A stretch of 64,000 nt of DNA from Pelagomonas calceolata (Eukaryota): contig CAKKNE010000003.1 in the NCBI GenBank assembly GCA_918797485.1, positions 2,542,001-2,606,000 on the forward strand, read 5' to 3'. The notes beneath the pieces were generated by a model, which saw only the letters and a list, made by a program, of their open reading frames with translations, did not search any database and was not told where the DNA came from. Shown here piece by piece: positions 1 through 12,400 of the stretch (within the stretch, counting starts at the first letter, position 1; each line of letters begins with the position of its first letter). A program made the position numbers and the translations under genes.

Positions 1-144
1 GCGCCTACGGCCGCGCCTACGACTGGGCCGACGGCAGCGCCGACTGTAGGATCTACAACGCCCGGACCGACGCCTGGGCCGACGTCCGTGCCTACATCCA
101 CGCCGAGCGCCGGGCCTACGTCGTCGCCGACGCCAGCGCCGTAG
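1..144 (+). CDS. 3' end of a Pro/Thr-rich (PTxx-repeat, mucin-like) protein, partial
   Basis: Frame 1 reads APTAAPTTGPTAAPTVGSTTPGPTPGPTSVPTSTPSAGPTSSPTPAP* (TAG 142-144). Not in the ORF track because the start is outside the window. Confidence 0.6.
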   Translation, partial: APTAAPTTGPTAAPTVGSTTPGPTPGPTSVPTSTPSAGPTSSPTPAP

Positions 145-440
145 TGGTGCATGGCGAAGGCGTTACGGCGTCGTAGACGCGCGCCCCAAAAGAAGGCGTC
201 TACAACAACGGCAACGCCGCCCTTGCTACATGACCGCCCGATCTCCGGACGCGAACAAGCGCGCGTTGACGCCCCCATCCCTTCTCGGCCGCTCGACGGA
301 CGACGCAACGACGCTAGCGACGGTACGTGCTCACGAAGGAGCGCGGATCACGCGTCGTCCTCCCCTGTTCAGACGTTCCACCTTTCCTTGCGAATGTGTA
401 ACGTATCTTGATGGGAACAACTAGTATATTTTCAAATTTC

Positions 441-3400
441 TTAGTCTGTCAGGTTCAGCAAGGCTGCAACCCCAGCCAACACCCACGTGTCGGGGTCGAC
501 GGCGGTAGGCAGCTCCACCGCCACCACGAAGTTCGTCGACATACCTGTCGTCGACAATACACCTTTCCGGACCGCCGTCTTGTAGATGGGGCAGGCGTAC
601 GACGTCGGCGCGATGACGTGGCCGACCGCCGGGATGAAGTGCACGATCGGCAGCGGCGTGTACATCTCACCCAAGACCGAATCGACGACCATCGCCGCAT
701 CGGGATCCCACTTCGCGCCCTCGAGCATCATGCCACTACACAACACGCCGTCCTCGGGGTGTTCCTGGGGCTCCTCGAAGCCGCAGATCCCAAACTTGAA
801 CGACAACGTATCAATTGCCACCATGTACTTGCGCGCGAAGGTCTGCAAAGTGCCGGTCATGAACCCTTGCGGGAAGAAGAAGACGGGCAGCGGGAAGCTC
901 ACGGGCAGGCCGTTGACGAGCCAGGTGCGCATGAACTCGATGCGCGACAGGGCGTCCTTCATCCACGACCCGAGCGTCTTCATCGTCGCGAAACTTACTT
1001 TCTCCCAGATGGGCGGCAGCTGGTTGTTCATCAACCCGACGTACATGTCGTCTAGGTCTGAAGACATGATGGCCAGCCCCCCGATCGCTCGTCTCAACAA
1101 ACTAAGGGACGAAGACATGTTCGTCATGAGTCGGTTGAACTTGACCATTTCCTGCATCAATACGGTGTCCAGCGACGTCAACAAGCCGTTGTCCTGGATC
1201 ACGAAGGTCGTGGGGCCTTTATCATCTTCATCCAACCTGTGTGGAAATCAAAATTTTACGGCGCGTTCGTGCTGAATCGTCGCGTCGTCCTCCACGCCAT
1301 CGGCGCGACGCCTGCTCGACGGCGTGGCGATGCCGGCGCCCCACCGCTCGACCGAGCCAGGATGGCCGCGTCGTCGCCGAGAAATGACTTAGCACCCGAC
1401 GCACTGGTTGATTTCCACACAGCATCCAACAGCGCGGGCATGCGCTCCTCAGCATCGTCAATAACATCAATAACGATCTCATCTGAAGATTTCCCGCCGC
1501 CGCCACCGCCTTCGCGCGGTTGTAGCGCCAGAATCGAGGACATGAGCGTACTGCTTTCCGCGCGATTGAAAGTTATATTGGCATTTTCATGCATGCCAAA
1601 TATTTCAGGTTCATCTATTTGTGGCAAGGAGGAAAAATAATCCGTGTGTTCCTGCAAGGGTCCGACTGAAGCGGGCTTGTACAGTCCCGACCGCGAGAAA
1701 CTATGAGGCTTGTACGCGCCGTCCTCCTGGACCATGATCGCCTCATTAAAGTATATACTGAGGATAGTGACGATACATCTCCTATCCCAATCATCTGTAA
1801 CTCTACCACCGTAGTTGATATGCCCCGTAATAAATCGCAGCGCGTCCCACGGTATCGACTCCTGCTCGTCCAAGAACCTCCTCATGACATTTATAGACGT
1901 CTCCAGATCGCTCTCGTCGAAGGCATACCTGCGCGGAGCATCGACGCGGTCCGAACAGCCTCAAGATGGACACGAGTCGCGTCGACGGCGTGAAACGGGA
2001 CGCCGAGATACGCACCGGATGTTCCAGCCCAGCGGCCCGAACTTCCTCCTTTCCAAAATGTTCCCGTGGAAGAAGCATAATGCGCTCAATATCCTCTTAA
2101 AGGCATCGCTCTTCGCGCACGTGTCAAAGTCCTCGGGCTTCACTAAATTCTGATACGACCGCAACAGATTCGCCCGGATACCTTTTGGGGGTTCGTTCGT
2201 CATCTTGACGCCGTTCTGGAGGACCGCTACCGGGAAGTAGGGTGCCGGACTACTGGTCAGGAAGAGTCGGAAGTCCTTGTGGTTCGACTCGCGGTTCTCG
2301 CCGAGCCTGTGTGTGACAGATACCGTCACGAGACTCGTCGAGAACCGAGGCACGCGCCGCGGCGACGGCGTGGAGGGCACGACGACACTCTCAGACGCCA
2401 TCGACGCGATTCCTCACATTGAACTAGCTTCAACATGCGCTGACTCAGCACTCGAAGCACATGACCTCGAGATTGTGCATCCAGGACTTGGCCAGCATGC
2501 AGTTCTGGAGGAGGACCCAGTCGCCCGACTTGACTCCCTTGGCTACTAAGCTTTCTGCTACCGGTCCCTGGCCCTGGCCTAGACTGACGAGTTGTAGTCG
2601 ATCAGAATAATCTTTCTGCTTCGCGAGTTTAAAGAGCATGCCCGTCGGGTCGCTACCCTTGGACAGGATGAAGATGCACGGCGTCGCGTTATCGAGGTCG
2701 GCGTAGATCTCGTCCATCGTGCCGGCCTTCGCATCCGCCAATTCGTCGCCGAACTCGCCGCGGACGTACTCATTTACTGCCTTTAATTGTTGTTCATCTC
2801 TCAATGCTCGTATCGCGATGAGTTTCGAGAATCGCGTCGTGGAGTCCTCAAAGGGCGCCGGCAGCGGTGCTTTGTAGGGGTCCGGCGCCTCGAGCCATGT
2901 TAACCACGAGTCCCAGTCCTTCGTTATTGATAAAGTAACGCCGGCGTACGGGCTCGGCACGACCTCCTCCCCGGTCGCATCTTCCAGATTAAATTCCGCG
3001 GCACACAGCAAATCCCAGGACGCCTCGGGGATCTTCTCCGGCCTCGGGTTCGTCGGCTGCGCGTCGCGGTCCACAATACCGGGACCCCGAACAAAGAGCC
3101 CCCACTCCTTCGAGGGGATCTTGTCCGCATGCCTTAATATGTTAAACACGAGCAGAGCACTATATAACGTTTTATCCTTCTCAAACAACCCCCGACAAAT
3201 GTTCGCGTAGCAATTTTCGGTAGAATACTTAATTATTATGTCCAGTCGTTTTTGCTGCTCTTCACAGGGTTCCGAGTTCTTCAAACAGAGGTTAAATAAC
3301 GCCTGGTAGTACTGCAGAGAATACTGGTACATCGGGTCGATCTGGGCCTGCGTGGGACCGACGCCGTCACGAAACGACCGTGACTCTCATGCGGCCGCAT

Positions 3401-6400
3401 CGACGCCGTCACGGCGACCACGTCATGCGCATGGCGTGAAGGCGCCTCCACACGACGGGACGCCGAGTCCGCGCCATGTCCGCGATGACGAAGTAGATGA
3501 TGCTACCTCGAGTAGCCACGGTCCGATACGCCTCGCGCGCCTCGTCGATTTCTTGTTTGGTCACGACGGCGGCCTCCATGCGCTTGCCGATCATGATCGA
3601 CACCTTTTTCGACTCGGCTAGAGTGTTTATCAGGTCCTCGTCGTCCAATATATTCCCCTGGGCCTCACTTAATCTTTTAAGGATGTCCGCCTCGAGCTCC
3701 GCGACCTTCTTCCGGTCCGCGGACATCTGTAAAAGTAACTGAACGTTTTTCTTTTCTACCGCAGGCATCTCGGCCTTGACGACGTCGCCGAGCCTGCGAT
3801 GGATCTACGCGTCGCGGACGCGTCGATGCGACGCCGCCGTCAAATGGCCCCAAACTCGACAAAGAAGTCGCGTCGACGGCGTGGACGTAAGACGGACGCC
3901 GCGCGCGCACAGCTGGTCCTCCAACCCCTCCATCGTCACGGTGAAGTTAATTATAGTAGTTTTTATGGCCACTTCCGGTAAATAGTGCGGGTTCGGCATC
4001 TTCGAGGTCATAAATAATTTAAATAGATCATCATAGTCGACGTTCGAATCGCCGAGTCGGATCAACCGTCTAGCACCCTCCGTGAAGATGGCTTTGGCCA
4101 AAACGGGCTCTAGCGCCGGCTCGATGCTTTCGTGCACATCTTCTATGAGTAGAGGTTTCCCGTTCCGGATCCCATTCTCCAGTACCCTTAAAAGATTAAT
4201 GTCCGTCATGGTAGACACAAGTAAATCTTTCTCGAGCATCTTGCGGAGCCACCTATTGGCTTGAGCTTGCGGGTCGATCATGAGGGGCCAGCGCTGCCCT
4301 TGCATCACTAAGATGGCGTTATTGGTTGATACTTCATCTGTGGGTAGTAATTGCGTCTGCCATTCCCTCACTTGGACCGGATCACCAACAGTGTTCAGTA
4401 AAGTAGGATTGGACGACGTCGGCAGGTCCAAGCTTCGAGCGAGCTCCGTCCAGTCGGCAAAGAGCACATCCCTGTAAGTCCCGGTGAAGGGGCCGTAGTA
4501 ACTGATAGCGGCGCAGCTCAACAGCGTATCTCCTATGAGGTCTATACGTTGCGAACGAAAGTTCCCGAGGTTCTCCTTCCAGCGCACGCCCTCCGAACTA
4601 AGTCCACCGGTGAGCTTTTCCGCGTTCTGGAGCCGCATCGCCTGCGTGGATCGACGGCGTCGCGAAACTGCCTCACGAGTCGCGTAGACTCTCGTATGAT
4701 CATAAAGACGGCGTCGCGGTGAAGTGAGACCACGAAGACGCCATCTTCCCAAAGTTGAAGTTCAGAAAACTTCGGAAACGGACGCTGAGTCAGCACCGTT
4801 TGAGCTTGAGCATCTAATAACCGCTGCTTCTCGGCGACCGTCTCGTCGCACGTCTTCTGGAGCTGCTCGACCTTCGCGACGACGGCGGCGAGGTTGTCTC
4901 GTTTTTCCTGCAGTTCGGCGTTGGCCGCTTCCAACTGAGCCGTTAACTCTGCAACCTTCGCCCTTTTGGGACCTACTTCTTTGGCCACCTTGTGGTACAC
5001 GTTCATGGCGTGGAGCCACATGCAGAGGCCCTTGGCGGCGGTGGAAACGCGCTCGACGACGGCGACCTGTGTGGGAACGACGGCGTCGCGACACGACCGC
5101 GACTCTCTCGCGCGACGCGTGGACTCTCATCATGTGGTCATGACGACGCCATCGTCACAACGACGTCAAGTTCAAGTTCAACTTCAACACTGAGTCAGCG
5201 CCTGCATGTTCTCGTCGTTGATGTACTTTTGTAACTTTTTTATGGTGGGTTCGGGAATATTGTCCTTGTCGTAGGTCTTCAAATTTTGGAGGAATTGCGA
5301 GTCGCCGAGGACCTTCTTGGCCGTGGGCCAGTCGGGCTTCTCGTCGAGCATGATGCAGACGCCCTCCATCGTGATCTGGACGGCGGGGGCCTGCGCGGAG
5401 CATCGACCATGATTTGTGTGCAGCGTCGCGTCGACGGCGTCGGGCCCCGGCGATGCGTCCGCGGGGACGCCATCGCCGCGACGGCACGCCATCGTGACGC
5501 CCCGATCCGCCGCGTCTCGCTAGCTCGGCACCGCGGCCCTCTGAGAGGCTCAAACTCGGCCACGAGGTCCCTCTGATACACACGACGGCGTGGAGCGAGC
5601 AGCACATCTCTCAGACCGCGAGAGACCCCGAATTGAAGCACAACTTGAAGTTCGACACGGGCCCGGACCGGCTTCGCGAAAGCTTTTACTTCGGTGATGT
5701 CCGCCTTCGTGAGACTGTCGAGGGCCTTGACGGCGTTGTTGAGAGCGGGCATGGCCACGTCGAGGTCCGCCTGGGCGTCGTCAGCTACTGCTTTGACCTC
5801 CGCACTTTGTTTGGCCAAAGTCGCCTCTTCCGCGGAAACTTTTTCTTTCACGACGTCGGCCTCGGCCTGGTCGACGGCGACCTGCTTGAGCATGACTTCG
5901 GCGTCGGCGGCCTTCTGCTCGAGCACGGGCGCGAGCTCCTTCAGCTCACCTGCGTTGGGATCGACGCGTGAGCGGCGCGGCGTCGCGGCGACGGCGTGAG
6001 GCGCGCGCCGACGGCGTCGCGGCGTCGGGGCATCGCACCGACGGCGTCGCGGCGTCGGAGCATCGCCGCGACGGCCCCGACGCCTTCCAGAGGTTCATTG
6101 AAGGACCAGAGACCACCCTCATGGAAGTGAGATGGAGGCGAGTCTCGTAGACGCTGACGCGTGCCTCGCAGCCCGTCGACCACCGCGTTCGTCTCGGCCA
6201 GCTTCGCGCAGCCGACCTCCATCTGCTCGATCTTCACGTCGACTTGACCTTGGAGTTCTCCTAGTTTGCTGCTGTACATGCCGATGAGATCCAGATACGA
6301 CTTGGGGGTGGTATATGTTTTCCTCCTTAATTCATTAAAAAACTTTTCGCCCGTCTCGTTGATAGAGGTATGGACTTTCACGCAAATCTTCGCCACGGCC

Positions 6401-9400
6401 GTGCGACAGACCTCCTCCTTCGCGTCGTCCTCGGCGCCGAACTTGAACGAGGCCAGGAACTGGTTCGCGACGGCAAAAAGAGCGCTCTCGGGCCAGCCGA
6501 GGTACCTGCGCGCGTCGTCTCCAGGAATGACGCCATCGACGCGACCTTGAAGTTCAGACACGGAGTCAGCACCAGTCGATCGTACAGCAATTTACTAGGG
6601 AGGGAAACTGTCTACACCTCACTCTGAGAGCGTCCCCGACCGGACTCATACAAAGGCAGATGTGGAGCTTGTCCCAGACTCGCTGCACGAACGTCGCGAC
6701 GCAGTTGTCGCGCGACGCGGGCACGCCCAGCGCGTCGCAGACGGGGATCATGTCGCTGCAGATCTTGTCGAGCTCGTCCTGGGGAAACAGGTTCGGGATC
6801 TCTCCGCTGTTCAAAATGGAGTTGATGTCCTCGAGCATCGACTCCTCGACCACTTGCGTATCTGTAAATAAAAAGGCCACGTTCGTACCCTCCACTCCCG
6901 TCTTGACCATGAAGACCTTGATGTCCTCCCGGAAGTCCTTCAGGCCGTACCCGCGAGAGATCTCGATGGACAGACACGGCATTTGGGCGATAAACGAGGC
7001 CATCCGCGTCGTGCTTTGTTTGCCGCTCCCACCGACGCCCACGAGCATGGCGTTGCCCCTAGGTTGCCTCAAGATACGACTCATCCTCGCTATGTGCCTC
7101 ACGGCGTCCGAAAAGAACACGAGGTTCATCCGCGTCGGAAACGACACGTTGTACTCGTCGAGCGCGTCTCCCAGCAACGCTGTTATTTTATCAATGCCCC
7201 CGAGCTCATACCTCCGGTTCTCGACGTCGACGCCGGCCTTCATGAAGTCGCAGAAGAGGACCGAATGTTCGCCGAAAATTTGGTCTGCACTCGTCATTTG
7301 CCCTAAATGTCTGCTCAAGAGTTCGCAGGCCAAGCGCTCGAACCACTGCTGGTCCTCTTCGTTAATGAGGCGGTCGTAGAAGACCCTTTGCGACTCGTGG
7401 AGCCATAATTTTGATAAAGTATCTTGATCTTTGCACTTGACTGGTGAAATCATGAGCATGCCCTGGAAGACCTTGGAGATGTCTCGGAGGTTGAAGGTGT
7501 AGTGGAACTTCGCTGGTGTGGGTAATAGCTCGGCGGAGATGGAGTTGTAGACCTCGATCGTGGCCGCGACGATGCCGCCTGCGCGGAGCGTCGCGGTTGC
7601 TCGACGGCGTCGCGGCGGCGCTGTCTCGTGAAGACGCCATCGACGCGGTCCGAAACAGCTCGAAATCACAAAACAAACCACCCCCGGCATCGTGTGTCAG
7701 ATACGAGTCGAAGGCACCTTCATAAAACGCCGGGATCGCACCGACGAGCCGCTGCACGTCCTTGTCGAACGGCTTCATGAACCCACTGAAAATCGATTCA
7801 AAAATGACCCTCATGACCGCCTCGCTCGCGGGCGGCACGCAGAAGACGTTGTAGTGCCGCGTGAATCTAGGTGTGACCACACTGCGACCGCCGCCCGGCG
7901 GCGCCGCGCCCGTGAAGAGCATCGTGTCCGTAATGTCCTTCCAGAACAACTTGTCGCGGTCGTAGAAGCCTTTAAAGTCGAGGAACTGTCGTAATAACTC
8001 GACGGGCGGCTGGGCGCCGTAACTCTCCTGTGTGGCACGAACACCGTCACGCAACGACCGCGACTCTCTCAATGCGGCCACGTCGACGGCGTCGACGCGA
8101 TGCTGCGTCGCCGCGACGCCATCGAGGCGAGCACGTCAAGTTCATTTTCGGCGCTGAGTCAGCACCACCAAAGGCATGTTGATGTCGTCGACGAAAAAGA
8201 TGCACTTCTTGCCCGCCGGCGCGCCCAACAAATTCTTCCGCTTCTTCTCCAATTTACTTTCGATGGCCTGCTGCGTTATTAAGCTCAAAGTCTGCGCGCT
8301 GAAGTTCATGAAAGTTGGTACTACCGCTAGACCCCCCTCGTCGGGGTACGGCTCCAAGGAGCGCAATAAATTTTGCACCATGACGGTCTTGCCCGTGCCC
8401 GTCATGCCCGTGACGAAGACGGGCTTGTCGACCGTGATTAATGTTCTCATGAGGTAGGAGAATCTTGTGGTATCTTCGGTCGGGACGAGGATGGCCTGTG
8501 TGGGAACGACACCGTCACTCTCATGCGGCCGCGTCGACGGCGTCGCGGTCTCGTGGAGACGCCATCGACCAGACGTCAAGTTCAAGTTCATTTTTCACGC
8601 CGAGTCAGCGCCGTGTAGGCGACGTCTTTTTGATATTTGAAGCTCGGTACTATATTGCGCCAGGGCACGAACTTGCCGCCCTCTATCGTGCAATCGACGA
8701 AGTAGTCGAAGGACGTGCCCATGCCCGGGACGTCGAGCGGGACGGCGGAGCCCTCCTCGCCTGCGTGGCACGGACGCCGTCACGACACTGTAGACTCTCG
8801 TGGGATCACGATGTCTCGTGAAGACGCCATCGACGCGACCGCGGTCCGAATCGGCCCAAACTCGAAAAAGAGACCACCCCCGGCCATCATTCCCGGAAAC
8901 GAGCGAAGTGGAAGGCCCCGCAACGCCTCACAACGCGGAAATACGCACCGCTCGTCTCCATCAATTCCTTCGCGAAGTCGTCAAAACGTTCATGATCTTG
9001 CGCCTGGCACGACCCGCCGACGGACCAGACGAACGAAAAGTACCAGAGCTTCTCGACCAACCTCTCTAACAAATCGGGCTTCTCTCCATAGGTCTCGAAG
9101 GACACCTTCGACTCCGGTCCGAAGAGTATGCTCTGAAAGATCATCGCCGAGGACGTCGCGAGCTGGATGTCGACGCAGCCCACGGGCTCCTTGCACCGCT
9201 TGCGCTGGAAACTCAGGCCCTTCTGGAAACATGATTCATATAAAACAATTAGTTTCGTCTTGACTAACTCCGGAACGGTCTCGGGAAAGGTCTGCGTCCA
9301 ACTTGTGATATAGGGCATCCATCCTAAATCGGAGGGGGTCATGAAGACGACGCCGATGCGCGAGACCGTGGCCGGCGACGCCACGGCCAGGTCCATCACT

Positions 9401-12400
9401 TCAAAAAGCATCTTCATCTCTATCTTAAGTTTTATCCTTTCACCGTTGGCTAAACAAAGGGTCATGTTGTCGTCCAAGACCGTGTTCATGTTCTCGATCC
9501 ACAGCGCGTCGATGGGCCCGTCGAAGACCGTCCACTTGCGGATCGGCGTTTCATCATTCACGGCTCGCCTCATAATCGTGGAGGCTAAGCCATCCCTCCA
9601 CTCCTGCGTGACCATGTTGACCTCGCCGTACAACTCGCCTGTGTGGCACCGACACTGTCACGAAACCGCTGTGGACGCTCTGACGGCCGCATCGACGGCG
9701 TCACGCTGCTGATGCGTCGCGCCGACGCCACCGACGCGTTCTTGAAGTTCGGAAACGTTCAGAAACAGACGCTGAGTCAGCACCCATCGTGATGCACTTG
9801 GGATTCAGGATCTCGAAGGCCACCTCTTGGTACTGCTCGTTTTTACTTCCCGCTTGGTGGAGCGACGTCATGATCCTCGACAGGATGCGGTAGCACGTCG
9901 ACTTGCCCGCGCCCGTCGGCCCCACGAGCGTCGCGCCTGCGCGGAGCGTCGCGGTCTCGGAATGGCCCCAATATCGAAAAAGAAACCACCCACTTCATTG
10001 TGAGATGGACACGAGTCGCGTCGACGGCGTGAAGGCGCCGCAGCACCGCGGGACGCTGCGATCATGCCAAACCGGATGTTGAAGATGTCGAACATCTGGA
10101 TGACCTTCTTGTGGAAGCCGGGAACGTTCTGCAAACCCGCCTTGGTTATTTCCTCCTCCATGGCGACCTGCGCGGGGCATGCCGTCGACGCGACTCGTCT
10201 CCTTCAATGAACCGGTTCGGACCGCATCGCGAACGCAACAGGACGCCGCGAGCGCGCCTGGAACTCGCCGTAGTCGTTGTCCGGCACGACGACGCCCGGA
10301 AATAAATCTTTTATGATCGCAAAGAAGAGCGGGATGTCATCAGCTAAGAATTTCGGTAGATTGCTATCGCGCAACGCTCGAATAAGGACCAAATCCTCAC
10401 TAATGTCGGGGTTCGCCCGCTTGAGCCCTCCGGCCATGACCAAAACACTTTTGACGGCTCGGAGCCCGTAGTCGTAGTGCGGCTGCTGACTGAGCTGTTC
10501 GCTACACAAGATATAAAGCTTGCACATTTTTCGGGACAGCGTCTTCGCGTCCCCAAAACCCTCGGCGAAGAGCATGATCTCCGCGATCAGCGCGTAGTTC
10601 GGGACCATCATGCTCACGGGCCGGAAACACACTTGTAAATTGTCCGGGAGTTCGGTTCTACCGGCATAGCCGGGGTTCATCGTGATGATGACGTGGTGGT
10701 CGACGAGCTTGATGCCTGCGTGTGGACTCTCATGTGACGCAACTTGAAGTTGACGCTGAGTCCGCACCGACGCCCATGAAATTTATATTATTTTTCCCTG
10801 CGAGCCGGCCCTCGCGTAGTACTAGTAGTTGTTGCGCAATCACCGACAGCACCTCGATGTCGATGCGATTGAACTCGTCCAAACAAGTCCACGAGCCGCT
10901 CTGCGCGAGCCCCCTAAAAAGCTTCCCCATCATCTTGTAGTCTATTTGATCACTGCAATTGAAGACGACGCACTGGATGGCCATGGCCTTCGCTAGGTCC
11001 TTTGAACTTTCGGTCTTGCCGGTGCCCGCGGGTCCCGCCGGTGCCGCTCCTAGTTTGAGACCATAAGAACCCGTCAGCGTCAACCAGCACCGATCCGTCA
11101 ACGGCGTAATCACAAGGCGAGAAGTGGCGCCCATGTACTCGTAGCCGTAGTTGATCACCGCGTCCGAATGCCTTATTAAACAATCTTCTCCTCCGCCGAC
11201 ACTCTCCCAGTAATACCGCAGCTGCTGCATCCAGTTGAAGTCGTCGACCCGATCGACGCCCTTGTTCTTCAAATCCTCGACGATGTCGCGCGCATGAACA
11301 TCAGTTGTAACGAGAGCGACGACGCACTTCCTCTGCAATGAAGTAAGGTCGGATCTGATCTTGGTAATTAAACCTTGCAAATCATCGAGCTGCGTCTGGT
11401 ACCACGTCTGCATAGAGCCTTCTTTCAGAGCCTTCTCGGAGCCGCGCGCCCACATCATCTGCGCGACCGTCGCGACGACCTGACCAGCCGTGCCTCCCAC
11501 CACCCACTCGTCCCGCACGGAATTCTCGTAGTCTTGTAATCCAATCTTCATCAACCCGTGCAGCGACAGCTTCATTCTAGCCTCGACACTGGAAAGCCAA
11601 TCTTCCACATTCCCTCTGGCTTTCAGATTCTTCCCTAAAGCCACTCGTTCCCCTTCCCCCGAGAACATGGCCTGGATGTCCACGCTCGTAGCATCGTCGC
11701 CGAAGTCCAGCCGCACGAGGTTGTCGAAGCACTTCCTCATGTGCGGCTGCACGGCCTGCGGGTTCTTCGACTGGCTGAGGATTTCTAGGAGTTCGTCCGC
11801 CGACAGGAAGTAGAACCGCGGGAACGCGGAGCACTTCGTCTCGATGTACTCGTCCAGCGACTTTTGAATTTTGTCGAGCGTGTTATTGTGTGCCAGGAAC
11901 ATGTCTTTCCGGCCTGCTACTGTACATGACTTAAGAGCCATGGGGTCGTCGGCCGTGGCCTTCATCGTCGCCTTCCAGGACTTGTCGACACTCTGGAATT
12001 TTTTCGCGGCGGCCGGGAGCTGCCTTATGATGTCGGCCGAGGCAAAAATTGTTTCGAGGTACATCCAGGCTCTCTGACAAGCCAACCACTCGTCCAGCGT
12101 ATCTTGAAATAATATGAGGTTCTTCCGCCACGTCTCCACGAAGTCCCGGATGCCTCCTACGTAGCGAGAACCTAATACCGTATTAACGGTCACGAGCGAC
12201 TCGTCCAGAGCAGCTATCAATTCCGAGACATCTCCCAGAATGTACAGGTCCTTCACATCTTTATAGGGCATGACTACCAACTCGGTCGACTCCCAGGCCG
12301 CCGCGACCTGCGTGGCACGGACGCCGTGTCACTCGCGAGACGCGTGGACTCTCATGCGACCACGAAGACGGCGTCGAGGCGGCGCGGCATCGCGTCGACG

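Noticed and set aside
151..424. Short ORFs between the PT-repeat gene and the dynein stop
   Set aside because: No motif or codon signal; probably 3' UTR.
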